Assembly: GCA_002245135.1 (NCBI GenBank) | Contig: NGBS01000903.1 | Location: 1 to 62,474, forward strand | Length of the DNA: 62,474 nucleotides | Reading direction: 5' to 3' | Source: Proteromonas lacertae | Lineage: Eukaryota | Shown: one piece after another, positions 38,601 to 51,850 of the stretch | Numbering within the stretch: the first letter of the stretch is position 1 | Layout of the letters: each line of letters starts with the position of its first letter | Translations under genes and position numbers: made by a program | The notes under the pieces: generated by a model | What the model saw: the letters and a program-made list of their open reading frames with translations, nothing else | Databases searched by the model: none | What the model was told of the DNA's origin: nothing

Positions 38601-41600
38601 TATAAAAATAAAAATATATACTATCTAGATTAAATGCATGAAATAATAAATTCAATTCATTTGGATTAGCCATCAAGCCAACATTTCTAAATAAAGTTGT
38701 ATATTCATCAAATGATAATTTACCATCATTATTCTTATCAAAATCATTGAAAATCTTCCACAAAGAAGTCTTATTGTCACTATTCAAATAAATAAATATA
38801 ATGCTATTAATATACACTATATATTTATGAATAATCTTTCTAAAATCATTCAATATTATCTTAGGTACAAGATAATTAACAGGTTTTGAATAATCTAATG
38901 GGTTAAAATCATCTTTCTTTTCATCTGAAGATAAATCAGAATCAGAACGAGCAATTGAAGCAGTTTCTTCTTCATCATTATATTGGAAATTCAACTCTTC
39001 TGGAGGAGCATTTGGTGGCGGATAATATTTAGTATTAATTTGATAGAAGTTGTTATATAGTTTATTGACATATGCATTTACACTACCCATATCAACAAAT
39101 CCTTTCTTACTTGCATCAAAGAAATTACATAACCATAACATTTCAGATATTGACAATGGTGGGATTTGAAAATAGAAGAAGAATTGATCTATGGTTATAT
39201 CATTCTTATTGCCTAATTTACTATTGCATAAATCCATAAAGTATTGCATTTGATTCTTACTTCTCCAATTAACTATTAATATATAATATAATATAAAATA
39301 TATACTCAGTTTATGTGCGATAATACCTTCATCTAATGTCATTATATTAATAAATCTATCAAAATCATTTGGACTAAAAGAAAATAAATAAATATATATG
39401 TAATTATACTTGATAATTTCACTATAATTAACATCAATTCCTCTAAATAAAGAATTTAAAAACTCTTTAATATCTCTATTGTCATCTAATATCTTCTTAT
39501 TCACTAGGAATGCTGAAAAATCATTGTAATTCAACTGACTTCTATAATAAAATGAATAATTAGAATAAAAATACTGATTATTATATGATTTAAACAGATC
39601 AATCACATTGACGTTATTATTAGAAGGAGATAAATTCAATTTCATCTATGTAAATAATAAAAAACAATAAAAATACACTATAATATAATTCCAATATATA
39701 TGAAGAAATAATTGGTTCAGAGATTGTATAAAAGAACATTTCAAATGGTAATGGACTATTAGCTGAAACTTCAAAGTGTTTTTGTATAGAAATAGTATTA
39801 TCAGTAGATATGGATGATATATTATTAGTTGATAATATTCTCTTTATTTTATTCAGTGATAAGAAATTAGTATGATAAAGATCAGCATCTTTGAATAACT
39901 TTAATAAATTCACTTTAGATTCAGTTATTAAGTCAAATACTTGTGATTTTAAAACTTGATTCAGTGGATATACAATTGATCTAGAATAATCATCTATTTA
40001 TATATAATAACAATAATAATACATTCACGGCAATATCTAAAGAAATCCATTACAACTTTAGTATCAATCTATACATACATAATAATAATATATTATACTT
40101 CATCTTCTTTGCATAATATTCCTAAAAACCATATCCATTCTGATAGTGATATTGGTAAATCAGAACATACTTCATATAAATCACGAATATGAAGTATCTT
40201 TCTACTATTAATATAGCGATCAAATGCATGTGAATCAATAGCATCATATTGTTTAGACCAAATTCCTATTTTATACATTGTGAATGACGTATTGAGTGTA
40301 GGAAATATTGTTTTAATGAATCTTTCAATACTATTGCGATATATATATTAATTATTAATTATTATATATTTATACTCTATTGTGTTTGATAATTCATAAT
40401 CTAAATATTTGAACACTTTATTTGCATTATCTAATGGAATATTGAATGTTTTTAATAACTTTTCAAATGCTTCAGATGACATTACAACACTATCAATATA
40501 TATAAATAATATACTCTTGTTTAGATAAACATGTTAATATTTTTCCTTTTAATTGAATACAAGTTGTTACATTTCTTCTTATTTGATATAAGATATCCAA
40601 TATTTCATCATCAATTGCTGGATCTTTTACCAAATCAATGAATAATCGATAATCTATCTTATTTTGTCCACCAAAACATAACAAATCATTAATTTTATTC
40701 AATTCAGTATTACTCCATGATCTACCAACTATTGAATCTAACGCTTTTGATATTAATTCAATTGTTACAAATTTATTTCCTTTACTAAGATTACGTTCAA
40801 TTGTCTATTTTTATAACAAAAATATAATCATGTTAATATATATATATACTGCAGTCAGTCTTCTTACATTCTTTAAATCTCTATTCTCTTTATATTTATT
40901 GAATAATTCATATTTCATATCTCTTAAAAACGGATATATTAATTCTTTTTGTAAAGGCTCTTTTGTTAATTTAGGAGATGGTGTTTGTCTAGCAGAATGA
41001 GGAGGAACAATGTCATTATTATCTGCTCTCTTTGATTCACTTAAACTATCACCTTTTGATTCTTTCATTTCACCTGCTGATGATGATGGTATATCTTTCT
41101 TTATTATTGGTTCTGGTTCAACTTTTGACTTTGTTTCTTCTACTATTTCTCTTGGTTTTTCGATTGTTGGTCTTGAAATTGGTTTATTATTATCTGATAC
41201 TTTACTTTCTCCATCTTCTTTTACTTTTATTTCTTCTTTTATCTTTATTTGTTGTTCTTCCTTTTTAACTTTATTTTCTTCCTTTTCTTCTGATTTTGAT
41301 TCTGATATTTTAACTGGTTCAAGCTTCTTTGATTCTTCTTCTTTTGGTTTTGGTTTTATTGGTTCTTTTTTATCCATTCTTTTACTTTCGGATAAGTCTT
41401 CTATTCTATTTATTCTACTATCTATTTTCTTTATCTCTGTTGGTCTTGGTGATATCTTTTTATCTCCAAATTTTGATTCTTCTCGTAATGTCGTATCTCT
41501 ACTTGGAATTAGATCGCTTTCAAATTTTGAATCTTCCAAGTGTCTATCCAAAGATGAAGTAGTTGGTGGTGCTATTGTAAAGTCTTTTCTTGCTGAAAGA

Positions 41601-42060
41601 GGTTGATCTCGAAGAGGTTCTGGGCTATCAAATTTTGATTCAGTTAATGTAGATCTTGGAGGTGTTGTAGGTGCAAGCTTTTTTATAATAGGTTCTGAGC
41701 TTTTTGAATCGCCTTCATTTGTCTTTGAATCATTTAAAGTAGGTCTAGCATTATATTAATAAATAATATTTTTAATAACACATACCTTGGTTTAGATACA
41801 ACTACTCTTGGGCTGATTTTAGGTTTAATTGGTTCTATTTTGTCTCTTTCCTTGCTTTCTGAAAGAGGTTTTAAATTAATGTCATTTGACAGTTTGGACT
41901 TTGATGCGAATGGTGATTTACTCTCACTCACTGTTGGATTTAATTGTTTCTTAACCATGGGTCTTGAAATGGGATTTAAGTTTGAAGTAGGTCGACTAAA
42001 GCCTCTACCACCATCTGACTTTCCCTCACCTCGTGGTTCGCTGAATTTAGAATCTATTTT
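35612..42060 (-). CDS. Large multi-exon EF-hand protein with charged ESK-rich N-terminus (could be more than one gene; start uncertain)
   Basis: EF-hand loops DKNNDGKLSFDEY, DKDRDGVLNLVDF, DWDKSGNI, DASKKGFVD; many short introns; last exon ends TAA at 35612-35614; no clear ATG upstream of 41958 although the frame stays open to ~42060. Confidence 0.65.
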
Positions 42061-42170
42061 TTAAAAATTGAAAATATGAAACGATTAATATTTTAAATAA
42101 ATTTGGGACAAAATCAAATTCGTGAAGTGACAGTTTAGAAAAATATAGCTGTTATAAAGTTTTATTTTTG

Positions 42171-43065
42171 ATGAATTCTTCTTCATTAATAGATAATCAT
42201 CCATTTCACAAAGATCCACAAGTAGACTGTTGGATTGACAGATGGGATAGAAGATTTATTAGAGATGAAAATCAAGCTGAATTGAAAACTTATCTGCACT
42301 CATTGCATAATGAAATGAAACATATAGATATAAAGAACAATTCAAATCCTGAATATACTACTAAAAGTATTCTTGAAAACTTTATTATTAGACATGAATG
42401 ACATGGATTTATTGAATGATATGCCGTGCTATCCATTTTCATGTAAAGAACTGAATGATTTAAGAGGAGGTAATGGAGAACAAGGAAAATCAATTGTATA
42501 TATAAAATTTATAATAAAATATTAGATTGACGATGAACATTGTTGTTTACTTTGTGTAAAATCTGGCAGAAAGAAACCAGGATGTAGATGGTGTTTTAAT
42601 CATAGTAACAATGAATTCGCAGAGAAAAGAGTTTATGGTGATAAATATTATCCAAAACCAGAAAAACTTCAATATCTTGATAGAGCACCATCCTATGATC
42701 AATTTATGGATTTAAATGCCAATTATGAACTCTTTAGTGAAGATACTCAAGTGTTACTTGAAAGAACACAGAATATGCTTCATTCACCAGAAACAGATAG
42801 ATATAAGTCATTTATTCAAAAAATAAGAAAAACAAGAAAGTTATTAACCTCGCAACCACATCCTAAACATCCAAGAAAAATGAATTCCAAATCTTTGGGA
42901 TGGAAAGCTCCAAAACATTTCATAAATAGATCTTCATTGGAAGTATATGAAAAGAAAGAACCACCCAAAGAACCAATCATTACTGTTCATGATAGAAGTT
43001 ATATTCCTGAAATATTGACCGATTTTAGTAATGTTCAATATGAATCATATAGAGTGTTTGAATAA
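42171..43065 (+). CDS. Hypothetical protein with CxxC...CxxC motif
   Basis: ATG 42171, frameshift near 42395, intron ~42496-42525, HCCLLCVK...PGCRWC, continues in frame into ORF 42706-43065. Confidence 0.55.
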
Positions 43066-43227
43066 GAGTTGATTAATGTTGTAATTAAGATTAATTTAAT
43101 AGTTATTTATTTATAAGTGTTGCTATTGATTTGAATATATAGAATATATGATTATAGAGTTTCTAGTATATGTCTAATTTACTTTTCACAGTTCCAAAAT
43201 ATATAGTCGTTTTAAGAAATTCTCAAA

Positions 43228-46200
43228 ATGAATGAAAATGATAAATTGTTGTATATTTAGCAATAATTAATTCACATTAGATATATTGTATCTTCTTTAA
43301 AATCTTGGGAAGAAGAAGATAATGCTTTAAACAGATCTTTTGATGAAGAGGCTTATGATGATGAAAAGACTATAAAGACAATCGATTGGGATATATCGAT
43401 AAGTAAAGATAAGAAGAAACTTGTTGTTATTTCACCTAACAGATTATTCTTCTATTCTGTATATTTATGTTTTTATGAGTTATAGAATGCAAATGATATA
43501 AAAATTGAAAATACGAAATATACTTTTCAGAATGATATAACAAGTGTGGACTATAATTATTGTTGGGACGAACAGTCTAAGCATTTTTTCTTTCAAACAG
43601 AATTAACTTTCTACGTATATTAATTAATTAATATGATAGATCTTCTCTAATGATGGAGAACTGATAAAGTCATTTGAAATGTCTGATTTGAAGTTTAAAA
43701 CAATACCTAGTAGAATAATAGGAGTTGGCGTTAGTTATGCAACATGTAGACGTATATATATATAATAAATACTATCATAATAGCTGGTAAACAATGTTTG
43801 AGAGTTGTTTGTACTACATCAAAGAATGAAATTTATATATTCCATCTTTCACTTACATCATATGAATTACACTTATCAAATAATAACAATATTCCATTTT
43901 TATTTACAGATACAATCAATTCAATCTCTTGTTTTCAATATAATTCAGAGTTAAGTTTAATCCATTTAGGTGGAGTATTATTCAATTCAAATACATCAAA
44001 AGAAGAAGAAATAATCATTTGTTTCAAAATTAAAGATGATGATAGTATTGAAGAAGTTTATACAATAAACAATAAAGTAAACAATAAAGAAGATAATGAC
44101 AATGAAGAAAAAGATGATTTAGAGAATGGAATAACGAATATTCCTTGGTATATGAAGATATATAAATCAGTACTCACATTCATTTTCTCTTATTTTTCAG
44201 CTTATAATGTTTTTAAAAGATCAATCATATCAATGGATTATAACAAAGATAATAATCAATTAATGGTATTGAATAACGATGGTTATGTATTTATATGGAA
44301 TATAATGGATGGCACATATATATCATCATTAAAAGAAAAGAGAAATGATAATAGAATAATACAAACTGTTTATTGGAATAATAATGTAATATTGAACTGT
44401 GAAGATGGATTGATTGATATTTATGATAATAAACTAGAAAAGAAATTAAATAAAAACCAAAAGGAATATATTCATACACCATTAAGGATGGTTAGTAATG
44501 AAGATAAGGTGTTTGTATTAACAAAAGAAATAAATAATGATAATAATAGTATAATTGACTTGAAGTGTTTATTAAAATGTTCACCAGAAGAATTATTGTC
44601 TTATTATGTAAAAAATAAAGCATATGGAAATGCTTTGAGCTTATGTGATGAATATCATTTGGAGAAAGATATTATATATAAACAACAATGGCTTGATTAT
44701 GTGTCAAGCCATTCTAATAATCCTTATCACAATATTAACTTGTATAAAAATATGTTGAATCTTATTAATGATAATGCATGGATTGTTAATCAATTAATGA
44801 CTGTATTTTCAAATGTATTTTTTATCATTATTTAATTCTTTTGATTTTTATTCCATAGGATTCAATTGATGATGAAACAGATGCTTTACAGTTTGGTATA
44901 AAAAAGTGTAAAGAAATTTTACATATTGAAGAAGAAATAGAAAAAGGTAAAATAAAAGAAATTATTGATGAAGTATTCAATAAAAATAAAAATGAAAAAG
45001 ATATCAGCACATTCATCTATATGTTATTATTATTGAAATATAATCAATATCATGAGATTTATAAAGAATATATAAAAATTACAAACTCAGAATATGATTC
45101 CACATACTTTCAGCAATTAGTATTAATGAAAATGAAGGGTTGGGTTATTGATCAAGCCAAAAGAGGTAATTATGAAATGATTATATTCTTATTCAAGGAA
45201 TATAATACTATACTATTACCATACAGGTTGGAAATAATAAATAAACTGTCAAGTATTGTTTCACCAAATTTATATAAAGATATTTTACCATCATTTTCTT
45301 TAGATAATAATGATACTGATGTTGAATGGTTTAACAGAAAAGAGAATATTGATTATCTTGTTGATAAATTGAAAGAAAAGAATCTCTTTGAAATGTATAA
45401 AAATCAGTTAGATGTTTTTTATTACTATATTATTGATGAAGAAAGTGATGAATTGTTGAAGAAACAGAATAATATGTTAGAAATATGTGAATGGTATGTA
45501 GACAAAATTAATGCAGTATATAAAGAAACTAGTTTACTTTCATACTGTTATGATTTATCCAAAATATTCTACACACATATAAAAGGCACCAAAGAAAAGG
45601 AAATAGATAAAAAATATATTAAATATATAGAGAATATAAATGAATTATACATTCTTAATTATGAGAAAGATACATTACTATCAACATCCTTAAAAAATTG
45701 GGTTTTATTATCTGCAGAATCAAAGATTCAATTATTATTACAACATTCTACGGTAGATACAATAGTAAGTGATATATATAATTATATATTCCCATTAATG
45801 GATTTGTCATTACAATATAATATAGAAGATGAATATTATAACTCATTGAAAGAATATATAATGAAACAAAGTGAAAATAAATCATATTTGCCATTTATAT
45901 TAGAAATATTTAGAACATCACAGAAAGATTCAGTAGTTTCAACAAGAATAATCAGAACTGATGAAGAGGTAAAAGATATGCTAATTGAAATATGCTCAAA
46001 TACAAAAGAATCTAATCAGTTCGATTTAATTGCTAATATATTAGATTGTATTAGTAATAAATATTCGACGAATGAAAGAATTATTCAATTGAAATGTGAT
46101 ATTGATGCTTCTCTTTTATTAAAAAAAATGTATCAGATTTATATTGAAATACCAAAATATTCAGAATGGAAAGTTAAATATGAAGCAAATAAAGAAAAAG

Positions 46201-49034
46201 ATGAGAGTATATTATCTCTTACTGAAACGAGCGAATATAATATAGTATATCAAATGTATCAGAAAAAAGCAACAATTAAATCATTGTTTGATCATGTAAT
46301 GTTACTTCATCAATTTGTTTTTAATTATATTGATGAAAAGGTGTTGTATGAAATAATCATTAATCAGTTACTAATAGATAATGAATTTTATATGGTGAAG
46401 ACTTACAGTAATAGAATTACGCATGATAAATTAGTACAATTGATAATAAGAACATCAAAAATGATCTATACATCAGCAGCAAATTGTAGTTCTCCAGAAT
46501 TAGATAAATCACTTCAATGTTTAGAGTTATTGGAATATGAAGATAATGAAGAAGTTGAAAAAGAAAAGAATTTCATACTTGCATTGAAAATGATACCTTT
46601 GTTCAAAGTGGAGATATTACCAGCTGAAATTGTGTTACATTCAGATAATAACATTGGAATAATAGAGAATATAATGAAAAATAATCCAAATGCCTATATG
46701 GTTGATAATGCTTATATGCCTGGTCATCATCTACTGGAATTTGCAAATAAAATAGGTATTACTTCTCCAGTGGAATTGTTGAAAGTAAAAGTAATGATGT
46801 TGCAAAGTACAATGAAGAATAATGATTATCAATTATCACATCAATTTTGTATTGAATTAATATTATCCAATGAAATTAAAGACAAAAAAATGGTCAAAGA
46901 AAGAGAGATAATTTCTGAAATATGTTATGATTTAGTTAAAGTGAATGATAATGCAATCAATTTTGCTGGTCAATTAGAATTGATTGAATTTGCATTGACA
47001 AATGGTAGTATTGATGTAATAGAAAAATCCATAGAAATATATCCAAATATTATTCTTTATAGCAATATATCTGATTTATTAAAGATTCAAGCAGTTAAGC
47101 AAATATTCCCAGAATATTTACAAAATCTAAAGGATATAAAATATAAATTGCCAAATGAAATATGTAATGAGATATTTAAATCTTATAAAATACTTGAACC
47201 TTTATTAGAGAATAAAAAAGTAAATCAATTATTAACAACAATATATTCGATGTTATTAAATGAAAATATCACTGATAAGATTGATATATATAAGATTTTA
47301 TTGAAAATACACTTTCCCAAAGATATTATAGTTTCACATGGTATTATCAATGAAATGATATGTAATACTGATTTATTTAATTATGATGAAATTGTTAATC
47401 AATATGAAGATTTGAATTATGTACAATGCCTCTATAGTTTGCTATTCATGAGTTTAAGTGTTTTTATAACTAAATCATATAATAGAGATGAAATTAATAC
47501 AAATGATTATATGAATGATGATAATAATGATGAAATAATATCTCAATTTGAAACAATCAAAACAACAACACCAAAAATAATACCCTATATAGAGTTATAT
47601 CAATCAATATATGGAGAATATCAATCATTAAATATTCTTAACATATCAGATAGCAATAATAACGATACTATTTCATCACCATCTCCAATTAACCCAATCA
47701 ATTCTGAAAGATATTTCAATCATTGTAAATCATCATTACACAAACCAAATACATTTGATAGTTGTGTAAAGTATTTGAAATATTTAAACACAAAACAATT
47801 TTCATTATTCTGTAATGAATTATTCTCGAAAGATAAAGTATCAAAAGAAATACAATTAGAATTTGTTAATTATTTTAGTCAGAATGATTTTATTGATGTG
47901 CTATATAACCATTTAATTGAAGAATCAAATGAATTTGATGTTAATGTTTTCATTTTACTATACAAACTGTTATTATATAAGGATTATAAGAAGAATGAGT
48001 TGTTTAATTTATATAAAGCGATAATACTGATGGATTATTTCCCAAAATATATTCAAAACAATATTAAACTGAATGATTCATTAACTCTATTTACAGATAT
48101 AATAGAGAATTATACTTCAGAAAATGATGTAGAAAAATCCAAAAAATTGTTAAATGTATTGATGTTATGGGATAATTTGAGTAATAATAATTGCAGTGTT
48201 ATTTATTCAAACATGGAAGATTTTCTATTCAATCTAATTCAGCCAAAAGATATTAATTATGATAAGAATAAAGAAATAATCACATTAACAACATTTTCTT
48301 ATCAAATCTTATCAAATTCAAAACCTTTAGAAAAAGAAGAAAGAAAAACAGAAGATAAAAAAGATATTTCATTAAACGAAAGTTGTTGGTTTGTATATTT
48401 AAGTAAATATCATTCAGTTTTATCAAACCAGTTTATATCATTACAATTATATTATAATTATGAAATTCTATCTGAAGAATATGTAATGAAGTTATTCAAT
48501 TTAATCAATAAATCATTAACAGCATATGAATATTCATATTTTATTCTTTCTTTTCACACTGAAGAGAATATATTAATGGTATTAAACCATTTATCAGATT
48601 TTATTGAAAAGAATCAAACATTCTTATATGAGAATGACTTTTTATCATATATAATAATATCAAAAGTGGATATATTATTATTATTATTAAAATGTAAAAC
48701 ACTGTATGAAGCAATTAAGAATATTATGTTAGGATATATGAAGGAATGGATAGAACAATCAAGACCAAATGTTCCATTTCTTTTGTCTATACCATATTTA
48801 TTGATGAAGTTGATATTGAATGGGTGTTATGTTGAAAGTATTGAAGTATATAGAGAATATTCTGGAATAAATAGTTATTTTAAAGATATTGATGGAATAT
48901 GGCAGAGTATGAAGCTTTATTTGAATAGGCTACTTAGAATTGAAGATAATGTTCAACCATTAAGTTTAGGTTGGGAATATGTTCACTCTTTAGTTAAAAT
49001 AACTATTGATAGAATGTCTACAATTGTATTTTAA
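43228..49034 (+). CDS. NBAS: NBAS/Sec39 family ER tethering protein
   Basis: N-terminal beta-propeller-like exons, then SPEELLSYYVKNKAYGNALSLCDEYHLEKDIIYKQQW, LLPYRLEII..L...VSPNLYKDILP, WYVDK and YTSAANCSSPELDKSLQCLELL, matching the NBAS layout. Confidence 0.85.
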
Positions 49035-49145
49035 TATTATTACGTTATATAGTTTGTTGGTTTATGAAATAGAAAGAAAATAAATAAATGTGAAACGAGT
49101 ATAATTTTGAATTATATCAAACTTTTTCATTTCAAGCTTTTTGAA

Positions 49146-50667
49146 ATGAATCGCTTGTTTTCCTCATTGTTGATAAAGCAACAAGCGCAAAAAATTCGTT
49201 TATTCAGAAACTTTGCAGATAATGTTTTAAAACCACCTCTGTTCACAAATCAAATGAAAGAGAATATCAATAATCACTTTTCAAAAAGAAATTTAGCTTG
49301 CTAACAATAGTAAAATGCCAGCTGCAACTCAATCAGCTACAAGTAAACAAATATCAAATAATTTTGAAGCCTATGCTGCAAAGATGAATAAAGAGTCAGA
49401 AGAAAGAAAGAAGTTTAGATTACTAATCCAAGAAAAGCAGAATTTAATGACAAAGTTTCGTCATCGTGATTTAACCTTAGAAGGTGGTATTTCTTTAATT
49501 GAAGAGTTGTACAGATTAGATGCACCATTTACTAATAGAGATGTTGAAACTATAACCAATTATTTATTAGAAAACAAACTATATGAATTAATGTTAAAGT
49601 TTTATCCAAGAATTACTCAAGCTCAATTATATTCACAATTTGGTTATAATTTCTTAATTGCATTTGCTGAATTAAATATGGAAAATGAATGTCATGAACT
49701 GTTATTATCTATAATAAAACAATACAATGTAGTTGATAAAAAAGCTTGTAGTATAGTTTAATTCTTTTTTATTTTTATTTTAATAGATAGTTTATTCTCA
49801 ATGTATTTACGTCAGAATGATATTACTGGTTTATACAATATATTTAATGAAATAACACGAAATAATATATACCTGAAATTAAATCAATATCAATTAAGTT
49901 CTATCAGTTGTGAATTATTAAATGCATTATACAAATATAAACATTACAATTTTGTTATAGAAAAGTACAATGAATATGATAGAAATGGAATAACTTTTGA
50001 TGCAGCCAGTATGAATTCAGTTTTATGTAGTTATTATTATTTACATCATTATGTGGATAGTTTAAGAATATATCATGAAATGACATTATCTAAGTTTATA
50101 CCAAATTTAGAGAGTTATTACAATGTCATTAATATATTAGAAAATGGATATATTTGGGATAAGGTTTATTATGAAATAAAGAATGTTGAAATGCTGATAA
50201 ATAATAATAATCATAATAATAATAGCAAGGATAGCAGCAGTAAACAGATAACAAAAGTAGAATCTGATTATTTTAGAGACATTACAATTATTTTAAAGAA
50301 TCATGCATTTTCAATTCTGAAAAAAGGAATTTCTGATAATGTTATTATTCTAAACTCAAAGATTCATTCAAATATTGATAAAATTAACATATCTAATATA
50401 CCTAAAGGAGTGTGTAGAACTGTATTTAGATATGCTTTGTATAGAAATTATAAGAGATTGTATAATGTTGGAAATCATAGTCTTTGTTCTTTATCTATTA
50501 GTTCTGATAGTGATAATATAGTGGAAATAGAAAGAATGATCCTGGAATATTCATTTTTTCCTTTAAGATTTAAATTTGATCCAAAGAATAATGAGATTTT
50601 CATAAATAAGGCTGATTTACATGATTTTTTTGAATATGTGAATAACAATGGAATATGGCTTATGTAA
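49146..50667 (+). CDS. Mitochondrion/MRO-targeted PPR-like protein
   Basis: Presequence-like MNRLFSSLLIKQQAQKIRLFRNFA; PPR-like FDAASMNSVLCSYYYLHHYVDSLRIYHEMTLSKFIPNLESYYNVINIL; frameshift ~49299; intron from ~49751. Confidence 0.65.
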
Positions 50668-50822
50668 TAGTGTGTTTTTTAATTGATCTTTATTGTTTTT
50701 TAGGGATATTAGAAGAATACACAATTTACTGTATTAGGATGTGTATTAGAGTGTATTCTTTTTTCTTCTTCATTTTTCTTTTGTCTTTATCTGTCAATCC
50801 TTTTGAAATCTATCATTATCAA

Positions 50823-51657
50823 ATGTCATTATTCCAAACATTCACTTCGTATATTTGTTTTTATTAATAAAATTAGACAAGAGTTATTATCTAAACAAGC
50901 AGCTCATGAGTTGATCAATATAGCGGAAGAGTCTATCAAAAAGAATGGTCGTTTTGTTTTGGCTATTGCAGGAGGATCTCTTCCAAAAATACTAGCTTCT
51001 GGTTTAGATTCAAAATATAATTATGAGAAATGGTATGTATTCTTTGTGGATGAAAGATGTGTAGCTTTAGATGATAAAGATAGCAATTACAACCTATTTA
51101 TGCAAACTCTTCAGCCAATACTGAATTTGCCAGAGGATCATATATTTCCTATTAAATACAATGAAGATCCAAAAGTAATAGCACGAGAGTATGAATATAT
51201 AAGATGTAATATTTAGTTATGAAACTGATTTATTAAAATTCTTTGTCAAAACAACAGAATATCCAATATTTGATATTATATTATTAGGAATGGGAGAAGA
51301 TGGACATATTGCCTCATTGGTATATATTTCTATTTTTAATTTATAGTTTCCAAATCACAAATTCTTTGAATACAAAGATTTCATAACAGCAGTATTTGAT
51401 AGTCCAAAGCCTCCTCCATCCAGAATATCTTTTACCATGCAATTGATATTGAATGCAAGGTACATAAGGTTTATTGTTACTGGATCAGGTAAATCAGCTG
51501 TTTTGAATAAAATATTTAACGAAAAAGATTTATCAAGACCTCCAACACATGTATAAATCGAATAATTATATTATAGCTTAATTTGAAACACACTAATGTT
51601 AAATGGTATTTAGATGATGCAGCTGCAAGTGATATTCGTGAATTGGAAAGTAATTAA
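50823..51657 (+). CDS. PGLS: 6-phosphogluconolactonase
   Basis: GRFVLAIAGGSLP, FFVDERCV, DSNY, LLGMGEDGHIASL|FP, DSPKPPPSRISFT, VTGSGK, WYLDDAAA; four short introns. Confidence 0.95.
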
Positions 51658-51850
51658 TTGTGAATATATCGTTATTTATGCTTTTATGAGAAAATTGATT
51701 GTTATTCATTAAAGAGACATAAATTAAAATCGAAAAACATCCACAGGTGTATTTTTTAATTGAAAATAGTAATGAGTATATTGCCAGTTTTTCATATCAA
51801 CGAATTTTGTGATACTGCAATTGACAAGTCATTTGCAAGAGTTGTTATAA

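Noticed and set aside
26031..41606. Long antisense ORFs 26031-26651 and 41010-41606
   Set aside because: Ser/Phe/Leu-rich mirror images of Glu/Lys/Asp-rich sense coding sequence.
8882..51657. Blastocystis-type stop codons created by polyadenylation (TGTTTGTT signal)
   Set aside because: Every gene end I traced has a genomic stop; downstream TG-rich tracts are present but I found no stop-less gene with the exact motif.
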